Assembly (NCBI GenBank): GCA_963719945.1
Contig: CAVRDX010000002.1
Span: forward strand, 48,529 to 112,528
Direction: 5' to 3'
DNA length: 64,000 nucleotides
From: an uncultured Thermoplasmata archaeon
GTDB taxonomy: Archaea; Thermoplasmatota; Thermoplasmata; UBA10834
The position numbers and the translations under genes are program-made. Position 1 is the stretch's first letter. Each line of letters begins with the position of its first letter. Positions 9,203 to 18,953 of the stretch are shown here, piece by piece. Under the pieces are notes generated by a model. That model had not been told where the DNA came from. It saw only the letters and a program-made list of their open reading frames with translations, and did not search any database.

Positions 9203-9854
9203 ATGAATCTGAGAGAATTATTGTATTTCTTTGAGGAAGATGAACTGAGGGATACACTTGATGAGTTCGGTCTCCCGACAGAAGGAGAGAAAGCAGAGCT
9301 CATAGGCAGGATCCTGGATGAACCGCATATCGGAATCAGAACCTCGATGGGTCAATCTATTCGAACGTCCTGAATCGCTAGGTCGCCTGAGGTTGAAGCT
9401 TGCCTGCAGATTGGCAGGATTGCCGTCCGAAGGAACGACCAACAGCATGTTGAGTCGATTGGTGGAACACATGATAGAAGGGGATTGGAGAGCCACTGCG
9501 AGAAAGGCTTATTCGATTCAGCCATCGGTCAGGAATCCGGAAGCCTTCAGACAGTTCCTGCAATCACTCAAATTATCACAATTGCAGACGATCGCTGAAT
9601 ATTTTGACATCGATCCAGCGCTCAATAGAGGGAAACTCGAGAAAGTACTTCGCCTGAAATCGGAGAAGGCCTCTTCGATGGACGTGTATACCGTTTGGTA
9701 TCTCCTGGAGAGCATCATTGCATTGCACAAGACTTCTCTTCAGTCGATCTGCAGAGGAATGCAGATCGATAGCGAGGGGTGCATGCATGAACTCCAAGAC
9801 AGAATTCTTGACGAGATATGGGAGATACGGCATCAGGATTCGGACATCGGTTGA
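9203..9854 (+). pseudogene. Split (frameshifted) protein with SAP-like helical repeats
   Basis: Overlapping ORFs 9203-9373 and 9318-9854 share L..(x)..GL.(T/S)EG..(E/M)L..R(I/L) repeats in different frames. Confidence 0.5.
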
Positions 9855-10053
9855 TTCTCCGAAGAGCAGCTCACATACACCCAGTCTTGAATCTATTTGA
9901 TCATGAGGGCAGTGAATTGCAGCATTGAAAAAGAATCAAATAGATGCGACTTTATCCAATGTATAGCAAACACATTCGGTGGACCTGGAGGAACAATGGA
10001 GAAGCCGAATACATAGATATGAGATATTCCAGGTGATGACTTTGGGTAATAGT

Positions 10054-10770
10054 ATGATAAAGAATTCGATGCAGGACGAAGGGTCTCGTCCACTTGCATT
10101 CCTAGTTGATGGCGATAACTCCTCATTCAAACTCATAGGGGAGATGTTGGACGAGGCATCCAAGCATGGTTCTGTCAGAGTCAGGCGAGTATACGGGGAT
10201 TGGACCTCAAAATACATGGAGAACTGGAAGAAATCTCTGCATGAACATGCGCTCAGCCCGATCCAGCAATTCCCGAACATCCGCGGCAAGAATGCCACGG
10301 ACAGCGCTCTGATAATAGATGCGATGGATCTTCTGCACGCAGGGATCGTCCAGGGGTTCTGCATAGTCTCAAGTGACAGCGATTATACAAGACTGGCCAC
10401 CAGGATCAGAGAAGACGGGTTGTTCGTGATGGCGATAGGTGAGAAGAAGACGCCGGACGCGCTGATGAAAGCATGCGATGTCTTCGTTCTGACAGATAAC
10501 CTGGAGCCAAGAAAGGGATTGAAGGGAAAGGCAGGAGTTCCAAGAGAGCTCATCCTGAAAGCCTTCGATAATGTCGAGGATGAAGACGGATATGCGGCCA
10601 TGGCATCGCTTGGCCAAGCCCTATTGAAGATCGACCCCAGTTTCGATCCCAGGACTTACGGCAAGAGCAAGCTCGTCTCACTGATCGAGAGCCTATCGGG
10701 GGATTTCAAGATCGAGAGAAGGGGAAATCCAGTGACGGGTGCGGTCTTCTTGAGAAGGACGAATAGATAA
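10054..10770 (+). CDS. NYN (LabA/DUF88) domain protein with OST-HTH domain
   Basis: FLVDGDN, RRVYGDW, GKNATDSALIIDAMDLL, IVSSDSDY, FDPRTYG..KL..L. Start approximate. Confidence 0.92.
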   Translation: MIKNSMQDEGSRPLAFLVDGDNSSFKLIGEMLDEASKHGSVRVRRVYGDWTSKYMENWKKSLHEHALSPIQQFPNIRGKNATDSALIIDAMDLLHAGIVQGFCIVSSDSDYTRLATRIREDGLFVMAIGEKKTPDALMKACDVFVLTDNLEPRKGLKGKAGVPRELILKAFDNVEDEDGYAAMASLGQALLKIDPSFDPRTYGKSKLVSLIESLSGDFKIERRGNPVTGAVFLRRTNR

Positions 10771-10853
10771 GCATTCCATCATGTGTAAATTGGCCCCACG
10801 ACACCTCATTGACATGATTGTCTAGTGAAAACCAGAATCATCTCAGGTGATGT

Positions 10854-11417
10854 CTATGGTTCTGATGGCTTCGTGGAGGGATCTCTTGGCACTGGCTTCG
10901 ATAGACGCTCCCTCACGGCAAAGTACAGCAGCAAGTTATGGATCGAGAAGATCGCGCTCATCAGCACTGCGAAGCCGAGCATCAATCTCGCAAACGTCCC
11001 TGACACCCAATCGAGCATGAACTCCAACGACCCTGGCAACGGTTCGGCAAAGTGCGCGAAATTGAACGGGAACACCACAAGCAGATAGAACTCCGCAACG
11101 AAGCAGAAGGCTAACCCACATGCTTCGAACAGCCTGGCAGGGTTCTTCCGACCCGTGAAGAATCTGATTATCGCGGGCGGTATACCTACTATAAGCATCC
11201 CGTAGAGCAGAATAGCAGCGACGGTCCCGAAATCATCTGTCAAGAAACCCGTTGGATTCGTCTCATGGATTGCGATGAATGCGATGAGGAATAGGAACCC
11301 GACGATTGCGAATGGCTGTCCCATCCGTTCTGGGAATGATAGCACATCCGTCTTCGCCTCCTTCTCCGCCCTGTCCCAGACCCATGGAAACTCGGATGGG
11401 TCTTTCCTGACATCCAT
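10854..11417 (-). CDS. Integral membrane hypothetical protein (4 TM)
   Basis: Four hydrophobic segments. Confidence 0.7.
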   Translation of the reverse strand: MDVRKDPSEFPWVWDRAEKEAKTDVLSFPERMGQPFAIVGFLFLIAFIAIHETNPTGFLTDDFGTVAAILLYGMLIVGIPPAIIRFFTGRKNPARLFEACGLAFCFVAEFYLLVVFPFNFAHFAEPLPGSLEFMLDWVSGTFARLMLGFAVLMSAIFSIHNLLLYFAVRERLSKPVPRDPSTKPSEP

Positions 11418-11616
11418 GACGATTCTCCGAATAAGAATGGACGACATTCCTAATCAAACCGACAGCTAAGGGCAGGAAGGTATTGATCAACCACTCATTT
11501 GATAAGAAACAGCGTCTCGATCTTGCCAGTTTCAACAATGTACCAGAAACGACTTATCTGCTCCACCCATTCAGCGTCCTGGTCCGTATTGGTGCGGAAA
11601 TCGGAGGTCGGAGAAG

Positions 11617-12009
11617 ATGAGACTTGGGGCAATGGAACTTGTAATGATGAGCGTCGTCGCCGTCATGATGATTGGAGCGCAGAGCGCCTTGGCTGGACCG
11701 GTCCAGTCGCTGACGGCTACCCTGAAGGCCGAGCCTGGAGTGCCGCTGGGAACCGCTGTTTATTCATGGTGGGACGATGACACGAGAAGGCTGGAGATCG
11801 AGGTCGCAGACGCTGATGAAGGGAAATACTGCGTCTTCATTGACAAGGTGAAACTGGGTGTCACGCTCACAGTGGACGACTTGGGAGTCGGTTCGTTGAG
11901 GCTGGACACCAGATGGGGAGACGTCGTCCCCGTCATAGAGTCGGGATCGATCATATCCATGAAGAACTGTGCTGAGACGACCATCGTGATCTGTGGCATG
12001 TTCAAGTAG
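11617..12009 (+). CDS. Secreted hypothetical protein
   Basis: GGAGG upstream; signal peptide ending ALA; beta-rich. Confidence 0.7.
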   Translation: MRLGAMELVMMSVVAVMMIGAQSALAGPVQSLTATLKAEPGVPLGTAVYSWWDDDTRRLEIEVADADEGKYCVFIDKVKLGVTLTVDDLGVGSLRLDTRWGDVVPVIESGSIISMKNCAETTIVICGMFK

Positions 12010-12187
12010 GATCGGTCCGGGTAACCAAACCATCAAACTCCTTACCGTTATTCTAACTCGACATCTCTGGAAACATGACTCGCTCCAGGCAGGGATTTGC
12101 GCAATGGATTTCGGCGATGCATCCCGTCCCGGACCATGCGCGAAGTCATTAAGACCCGCATAGTGAATCACCGTCGCGGATGGAATC

Positions 12188-12874
12188 ATGCCGAATTGTC
12201 CTTCTTGTGGAACATCGATAGTCGAAGGTGGAACCTTCTGCAGCGGGTGTGGAACCAGGACCGATGCTCAGGCGACGAGAGCGCCGAGCGCATCATACCA
12301 GGCGATATGGTATCAGAATTTCTACAGGATACGCAAGAAGGTCCTCGCAATCGCGAACCAGTACTGGATCGAGGACGCCCAGGGATCGAAGATAGGCTAC
12401 TCGAGACAGAAGATCCTCAGGATAAAGGAGAACATCGGGGTCTTCTCCGACGACAGCATGACAACAGAGTTGTTCCGAATACAGCAGGAACAGATCGTGG
12501 ACATGTGGGGTACATTCGCCGTCTTGGATTCCACTACGAACGCCTGCGTGGGCAAGCTACGGAGGAATGCGCTGTCATCTGGATTCTACGTCGACGAATA
12601 CCTCATCCTGGACCCCCAAGGTAGGCAGATCGGAAGATTGGCCGAGCGAGGAAAGAGAGCACTCCTCCGGAAATACGTTCCCGGGGGCGCGCTTGTGCCG
12701 GAGCAACTCGTCCTCGAGTTCAACGGTCAGCAGGTGGCTGAGATCAAGCAGCAGTTCAAGATCGTGGGGGATATTTGGGAAGTCGACTGTTCCCGTCTGC
12801 CGTCGAATTTCGACAGACGCACGCTCCTTGCATGCTTGCTGCTCATGGGAATGATAGAGCGCGACAGAAAGTGA
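12188..12874 (+). CDS. Zinc-ribbon + LURP-one/scramblase (Tubby-C-like) protein
   Basis: CPSCG..FCSGCG followed by YRIRKKVL..QYWIEDAQG..IGY.RQK..RIKE repeats typical of the Tubby-C barrel. Confidence 0.75.
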   Translation: MPNCPSCGTSIVEGGTFCSGCGTRTDAQATRAPSASYQAIWYQNFYRIRKKVLAIANQYWIEDAQGSKIGYSRQKILRIKENIGVFSDDSMTTELFRIQQEQIVDMWGTFAVLDSTTNACVGKLRRNALSSGFYVDEYLILDPQGRQIGRLAERGKRALLRKYVPGGALVPEQLVLEFNGQQVAEIKQQFKIVGDIWEVDCSRLPSNFDRRTLLACLLLMGMIERDRK

Positions 12875-12950
12875 TTCGCGATATATCTCGCCCTGAATGA
12901 ATTGTGGTCAAGATCTAGCAGCAGCACGAGAGGTATGCCCATCGTGTACG

Positions 12951-13616
12951 TTACAATTTGGCGCCCTTCTTGAACCCGCACCAGGGACAAAGAAGCGACC
13001 CTTTCGGCCAAGCCGCTTTGCAGCGAGGACAGCCCTTGACGAAGCCACATCGCTCGCAAAAGAACGCCTCATGAGACAAAGGCAAGCCACAGTCAGGGCA
13101 ACTACTGAGTTCCGGGAGTCTAGGTGGTTCGCCGTACAAATGCCCCTTGCCTCCGCAGCCGGGGCAGGCCATGGATCCAGCAGGACCTGAGATTACACCG
13201 ATGCCACGACATCCGGTGCACTTCAGGTTTCCCAAGCACCTGGGACACCTTCCAGTCCCTCCACAGAATGGGCATGCACTGAATGAGGAGCCAGACCCAG
13301 TACCTTTGCAGGCCGAGCAGTATCCATCGACGCAATGCGATTCGGTCCCGTATGCCATGTACGCAGTGATATCATTGTGCCCGTGCGCGGTGGATGCGAC
13401 TGCCCATGTGCACCGGCCAGATCCGTGGCATGCAACGCAGATGTCAATCCGACCGAAACCGTCGCAGGCCTTGCATTCGACCGCGTTCGTCTTCGCCTGG
13501 CTGATGATTATCTGCATGCCGCAGTAGAGGCAGTGAGCCCTGTCGATATCACTAGGAAGGTTCAGATTGGCCCCACAGCTGGGACAGACCGCCGGTATAA
13601 GCTTGACCTCACCCAT
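12951..13616 (-). CDS. Multi-zinc-finger protein with DnaJ-type CxxCxGxG repeats
   Basis: 28 Cys in 221 aa by my count; six CxxCxGxG repeats flanked by zinc ribbons. Confidence 0.78.
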   Translation of the reverse strand: MGEVKLIPAVCPSCGANLNLPSDIDRAHCLYCGMQIIISQAKTNAVECKACDGFGRIDICVACHGSGRCTWAVASTAHGHNDITAYMAYGTESHCVDGYCSACKGTGSGSSFSACPFCGGTGRCPRCLGNLKCTGCRGIGVISGPAGSMACPGCGGKGHLYGEPPRLPELSSCPDCGLPLSHEAFFCERCGFVKGCPRCKAAWPKGSLLCPWCGFKKGAKL

Positions 13617-13689
13617 TTCCCTCGACCCTATGCAGACATGATTGACCGACAGGGATTATATTGCTTTACAGGGGAATCCTAGGGATCGG

Positions 13690-14379
13690 CTACAGTCGGG
13701 GCATCTCACCACTGCAGTTCTGACAGAATCGTGCGCCTGCAGGATTCTTCGAACCGCATCTAGGGCAGAACATGCCCTGCGAAGGCAGGTCATCAGGCGG
13801 TGGTGGGAGGTCGTCGACCTGTTGCGAAGGGGCCATCTGGACCTGGGGTGCTGGATAGGAGCCCGTGGGCGCCAGGTCAGCCGGACCGTCCACCCATGCA
13901 GACTTCTTCAGATTGATGCCGTTCACACTCATTGCTGCCTTCAAGCTTGGGATGTAGGCCACGGTGGCTGGTCCCTCCCTCATCATCGACCTCAGCTCAG
14001 GCGTCTCTCTTAGAGAAATGGGACCGACCGTCCAGCGCGCAGGCGTCCGCATCTTGGTGGCGAATCCTTGGACCACAGTCACATCACCCGTCCTCAGAGC
14101 CTTCGCGATCTTTCCCCGAACGCTCAGAGACGCCCCTGCTACGGCAACGGATATCAGCCCGAACACCAAGGCCATCAACGAGAGCATGTCGATGTTGCCT
14201 TCCGTGGAACTCATCAATATGACACCTAATAGGATCGAGAAGAGAGAGAAGAATGCGAGCGGGTTCCTGAACTTCTTGTACAACGCCGCTGATGCAGCGG
14301 CCTCCTGCGCAGTCAGCAAGCGTTTGGAGACAGAGTAGTTCTGTGCATAGACCTGGGGATTGGTGTATGTGGATGCCAT
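13690..14379 (-). CDS. Two-TM membrane protein with Pro-rich linker and C-terminal zinc ribbon
   Basis: 2 TM, DDLPPPPDD, FCPRCG..FCQNC. TGATG coupling to upstream gene. Confidence 0.8.
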   Translation of the reverse strand: MASTYTNPQVYAQNYSVSKRLLTAQEAAASAALYKKFRNPLAFFSLFSILLGVILMSSTEGNIDMLSLMALVFGLISVAVAGASLSVRGKIAKALRTGDVTVVQGFATKMRTPARWTVGPISLRETPELRSMMREGPATVAYIPSLKAAMSVNGINLKKSAWVDGPADLAPTGSYPAPQVQMAPSQQVDDLPPPPDDLPSQGMFCPRCGSKNPAGARFCQNCSGEMPRL

Positions 14380-15284
14380 CAGACCACCTTCCTACCGCCC
14401 CAGGGGTACGCGTTGCAGCGAGGGCAGTACCAGGAGCCTGGATCATCTATCCCGCTGAAGTGAGGTGTCACATGGGTTCCAGGATGAATCGGACATTGGG
14501 GAGGCTGCTGAGACACGCTCGAGTACCATTCCTTCGGTGGCGGAGGCGAGCCCGGGCCCTTCCAGATGGTCGTGTCGGGAGTGCCGTATGTGATGCCGAT
14601 GCCACCCTGTGGCTGCGCTGGCCCTGGAAGTCCTGTCGGCGCATGTGGATTGGTCTCGCTCACGATGCTCGGAGTCGACGTGGCCTGATTGTAAGTGTAC
14701 GGTCCTTGGACCGGCTTGAAGCCGGGCTTGGGGGATGGCAGGATGAGCACGGCAAGCCCGATGATGCCCAACACACTGACACCTGCTCCGATGACAGCGC
14801 GGTATTCTTCAAGTCCGATGAAGAGTGAGCCTTTCTTGACCAAATCGAATGTGCCGTAGATGGTCACGCCGACATTCAAGTACGACCCGCTGCCGGTCAT
14901 CGAATTGCCGCTGACAGTGAGAGTGTAAGTCGGAGTGAGCATGCTCACTCCGTCCCAGCCGTAATAAGCGGTCATATAGAATGTGGTTCCATCAAAGGTT
15001 CCGTCTACGTTGTAGCTCTCAGGAACCCCGTTTTCCCAGACGGTAACGGTCCCAACGACATTGCCCCCTGACTCAGTCAGATCCAATTCGGCATCGAAGT
15101 AGTCGGTGACCATGCCACTGGGGCTCAGGTAGGTCTGGGAATACCCTTCGCCTGAAATTCGAGAGCCCCAATTCCCAGAGAGGCTTTCGGCAGAGGCGTT
15201 CACGCTCATGAGTGCGATTGCACCGAGGAATGATCCCACTGCAAGCAGGACCATCAGAACTGAATATGACCGGCTAGTGACCAT
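14379..15284 (-). CDS. Single-pass surface protein: extracellular beta domain, TM, Pro-rich tail, C-terminal Zn finger
   Basis: Signal peptide, TM, CPIHPG..WYCPRC. GGTGA upstream of ATG 15284. Confidence 0.78.
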   Translation of the reverse strand: MVTSRSYSVLMVLLAVGSFLGAIALMSVNASAESLSGNWGSRISGEGYSQTYLSPSGMVTDYFDAELDLTESGGNVVGTVTVWENGVPESYNVDGTFDGTTFYMTAYYGWDGVSMLTPTYTLTVSGNSMTGSGSYLNVGVTIYGTFDLVKKGSLFIGLEEYRAVIGAGVSVLGIIGLAVLILPSPKPGFKPVQGPYTYNQATSTPSIVSETNPHAPTGLPGPAQPQGGIGITYGTPDTTIWKGPGSPPPPKEWYSSVSQQPPQCPIHPGTHVTPHFSGIDDPGSWYCPRCNAYPWGGRKVV

Positions 15285-15833
15285 AGTATTCTCACCATTC
15301 ATCCGGACGACGATGCGCGTCTGGCGCATCGAGTCAAGGATTCTATTGTCGGCTGACTAACACATCTCCGGCCGGACTATTTAACCTTGGACACGAACAT
15401 AATCATTGATGCGAGCTGACCGAGACATGCAGAGATTGTGAAGCCTGGCCAAGCAAAAGGCGTAGGAACCGAATCTAGCATGATGCAAAACCCTCACAAT
15501 TGTGGATGAATCAGGCGTTTACGTTCAACTGCAGCTCAGAACACGGTTTGTACACAAATGTACTAAGCGAATCCCCTTGGCGACTGGCTCTAAGATTTCC
15601 ACGGACAGAATCGGCCATTGCTGCACCTTGGAATCGTTCCCGATCCCAGCCGTTTCATGATACAGAGACTTAAGCCATACTCATATGGTACCTTCTTATC
15701 GTGTAGCGACAGCACATGGTTGTAAGAAGGCGCAAATAGTATCCATAGCACTGGGTCAAGACGTGATTCTTCTCTGTCTCCAATCGAGTGGAGATCTCTT
15801 ACGTACTTGTTCTTGTGAACGGAGGAAAGTAGA

Positions 15834-16226
15834 ATGGAAAAAGAGTTTAGCGTCAAGCTGGCGAACAAGCCAGGAGAGCTCGCGAGGGTGTCTGAGGTTC
15901 TGAGGAAGGAGGGCGTGAACATACGCTCAATGGTCACAGAATCCAAAGCCGAGGTCGTGAGAATCGTCACTTCAGATCCCGAGAAGAGCAGGCAGAGCCT
16001 CAAGAAATCGGGCATGGAGTTCTCAGAGAGGAACCTGCTTGTAGCCAAGCTCGAGGACAAGCCAGGGGAGCTCACAAGGATCTCAGCAGCTCTTGCCAAG
16101 GGTGGCGTCAATATCGATGGCGCGTATATGCTCGACAAGGACTCGAAGCATGTGCATATGGCATTGGCTGTCAGCGACGAGAGCCAAGGCAAAGAACATC
16201 CTGAAGTTGTGATCTCAGGACTATGA
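15834..16226 (+). CDS. Tandem ACT-domain protein
   Basis: NKPGELARV..GVNI and DKPGELTRI..GVNI. GGAGG ribosome-binding site. Confidence 0.9.
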   Translation: MEKEFSVKLANKPGELARVSEVLRKEGVNIRSMVTESKAEVVRIVTSDPEKSRQSLKKSGMEFSERNLLVAKLEDKPGELTRISAALAKGGVNIDGAYMLDKDSKHVHMALAVSDESQGKEHPEVVISGL

Positions 16227-16601
16227 CCTTGCCTACAAAACCCCTTACGCATATCTGCGTTACTCCAGGCGTTAACGAAGCGTGATATGATCAAACGCAG
16301 TCAACGGGGTGCCGCAGGAGCCTTTGTCTGGACCAATTCGTATTTTCGGGAACATAGTTGAGCATTGCGTTCGCCCAAGAGCTCCGATATGAACCCAACG
16401 GGGCATGAGAAAAGAGCATAGGACAGTAAGTGCATCAGGAAGTGGGGGTATGGCTATCTCGCAATTGAAGTTGCCAAGAAGCAAACGCCATGGAGGCTCG
16501 GGACGTCAGAAGAATTCGGGAAAGGTCAAGAAGAAGACTTGAACCAAGAATTTGAGAGTTACATTGCCAGATAATTGAAGTCGACGCACGGAGGAACCAC
16601 G

Positions 16602-16832
16602 ATGAAATGTTCGAAATGTGGGGTAGATATTCCAGAAGACCAGAAGATATGCGGTAATTGCAGCGGCAGGATCAAGATCCCGCCCCAATCAAGATCGGGT
16701 CAGGTGAAATGTCCGAATTGCGGATTTGACAACCCAAAAGGCAGAAGATTCTGTGAAGATTGTGGAAGCATGATCCCTCGGACTCCGCGGATAATCAAAC
16801 AATCGGAGGAAAGGAAGAAGAAAGGTGCCTGA
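16602..16832 (+). CDS. Small double zinc-ribbon protein
   Basis: CSKCG..CGNC, CPNCG..FCEDCG. GGAGG upstream. Confidence 0.82.
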   Translation: MKCSKCGVDIPEDQKICGNCSGRIKIPPQSRSGQVKCPNCGFDNPKGRRFCEDCGSMIPRTPRIIKQSEERKKKGA

Positions 16833-16889
16833 ATCGCGCCTTAGAAGAATCCCGCGTGGAAATCACGAGCGATTCGACCAGAGGCAGAA

Positions 16890-17168
16890 ATGGTGGAACA
16901 CAAGTTCACTGTCGGCACAGAAGAGAAACAAAAGATCCGGATCAATCACAGCGCGACGACAGGGAAAACTGCAATCATCATCAATGGGGAGTCTATACTC
17001 GTCGTCAATGGCAGAGAACTGCGGGCCATCGGTCATGCCCTCGATTCATTGACATTCACTTTCAACATCGGGGAGAAAGAGAAGCACAAAGTCAACATCC
17101 GAATGAGAGGAGCATTCTGGAATCATTTCGAGGTCTATTCGGACAACGAGATGATATACAGGTCATGA
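16890..17168 (+). CDS. Hypothetical protein (internal repeat, beta-rich)
   Basis: 92-aa ORF with two F.(V/I)G..EK.K(I/V).I repeats. Confidence 0.65.
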   Translation: MVEHKFTVGTEEKQKIRINHSATTGKTAIIINGESILVVNGRELRAIGHALDSLTFTFNIGEKEKHKVNIRMRGAFWNHFEVYSDNEMIYRS

Positions 17169-17330
17169 GCTCGACGCGGATTATCCATATTGAGCCTGGC
17201 GCTTCTTGTGCTACCCCTGACCAACTGTTCTCTTGCTTTTAGTGTGGCATGCATCATTACTTGTAGTCAGACCTGGTAGGTTCCTCTGCGATGAGCGCTG
17301 CGAGCGCTTTCGCGAAAAGGAGATAAATCA

Positions 17331-17516
17331 ATGAGTTACGGCAATTATGGAGGCGGCAGCCGTAGATACGACTCAGGCCCCAGAGAGATGCACAAGATAA
17401 AGTGCTCTGACTGTGGATCTGAAGCCGAGGTCCCGTTCAAGCCTACGGACGGAAGACCAGTCTACTGCCAGAACTGCTTCCAGAAGCACCGGCCCCCACG
17501 AAGAGATACGTTCTGA
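17331..17516 (+). CDS. CxxC-x17-CxxC domain protein (TIGR04272-like)
   Basis: GPREMHKIKCSDCG..VPFKP..GRPVYCQNCF; spacing is exactly 17. Confidence 0.93.
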   Translation: MSYGNYGGGSRRYDSGPREMHKIKCSDCGSEAEVPFKPTDGRPVYCQNCFQKHRPPRRDTF

Positions 17517-17827
17517 GCGTCCGGTTCATTTTCATGAATTAATCGTTCAATTCGTTCGAATTCGCAAACCACTTCGAGATTCTTTTAGTCCCCCATCATC
17601 CCAGATTCAATCTTCATCGATTAGAAAGCACCTCAGAATCTATCTCTCGAGAGAAGAGAGTGGGAAGGGGTTTGATGGGATGATGGGGCTCGCAGCCTCA
17701 AAGGATGACTGACATTCGCTGAGATATAAAAGGGAAGTACAACATTTTAATATTGGAAACTCCCATCCACATAAGAGATTCCAGGGGATTTGTCAAGAAC
17801 CCTGTTTTCAAGATCGGAGTGGAAATA

Positions 17828-18067
17828 ATGACATCGCAACAACCAGGACAGGCGCCTTCGAGGAACTGCATTTCTTGTGGTCGGGGAATAGCTTGGGATG
17901 CAAATGTGTGTCCGTACTGTGGCCACGACTTCAGAGCCACGATGGCGGGACCTCAGCAGGGAACTGGAAAGAAGACATTCAAAGGCAGTCTGGCAGTTTT
18001 GATCATATTGGTAGTCCTCTGCTGGCCAGCTGGGCTCATCTACTTCTTCATGAAAAGGGATTATTGA
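17828..18067 (+). CDS. Zinc-ribbon protein with C-terminal TM helix
   Basis: RNCISCGRGIAWDANVCPYCGHDF plus hydrophobic tail. Confidence 0.82.
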   Translation: MTSQQPGQAPSRNCISCGRGIAWDANVCPYCGHDFRATMAGPQQGTGKKTFKGSLAVLIILVVLCWPAGLIYFFMKRDY

Positions 18068-18234
18068 CCGCATAGCCGGGCGTGTCGGTATTCGACACGC
18101 GAATAATCCGAAGAAGCGAAGGTGTTGCGCACAATGAATGGAGGGGGACTGAGGCGCAGTCCTCGGCCAGTCATCTTCTCAAGACGAGCTGGTGCTATCG
18201 GCATCGAGTGGGATGTCGAATGTGATCGCGCGAT

Positions 18235-18753
18235 TCATTCAGATCGGACGCTCTGAGATTCATCCATCTTAAGAACTACAGGACCACAGCAAGATGGAAA
18301 CTCTCGATACCGTTGGCAGCTCTTACATGTCGCGAATACTCTCCGACCTTTCAAGAATGAGAATGAGATCACGACTGCGAGCCCGGCGATGACTACTGCC
18401 AATTGCAGGCCCTCAGGAGCATAGATAGCAGAGAAGAGAGCAGCTCCAAGGGATATCCCAAGGCATGCGTTGAACAGTATGGAGAATCGATGGTTCTTCG
18501 TCAGAAGCCGCATCAGATTCATTGCGAAGAATGACAATGAGATCGGGAAGATGATCGAGAATGAGATAGGGCTCATAATCAATAGCAGCAGGGCGGTCAC
18601 GAGAGCGGATGGATAGACCGTCGCACAGCCTATGCAGACATATCGGCCCCTTATCTTGAAAACGTGGTCATCGAACCTCCCACAGAGTGGGTGGTGCGAT
18701 AGGATGATCGGATCACTATCGATCCTAGACACTATCCTCCTTGTCAAATTCAC
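18235..18753 (-). CDS. DUF2085-like metal-binding membrane protein
   Basis: LSHHPLC..F..H..K..G..VCIGC, 4 TM, C-terminal CKSC..CC. GTG start estimated. Confidence 0.65.
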   Translation of the reverse strand: MNLTRRIVSRIDSDPIILSHHPLCGRFDDHVFKIRGRYVCIGCATVYPSALVTALLLLIMSPISFSIIFPISLSFFAMNLMRLLTKNHRFSILFNACLGISLGAALFSAIYAPEGLQLAVVIAGLAVVISFSFLKGRRVFATCKSCQRYREFPSCCGPVVLKMDESQSVRSE

Positions 18754-18953
18754 GGGGTCTTGAACCCTATCCGGGAGTATAATTAGCTTTGCGATTATTG
18801 ATGATCCCCAATCCCACCAATATGATGAAGACGCGAAGGGAAACCTCTTCCAGCAGAAGATGCTGCTGAGAGTCGGACTCGACCTGAGCATATTCCCGAG
18901 GAACTCGAAGGCCCGCCTAATTCGCAAATGATAATACTAGGCAAAGCAGACGC

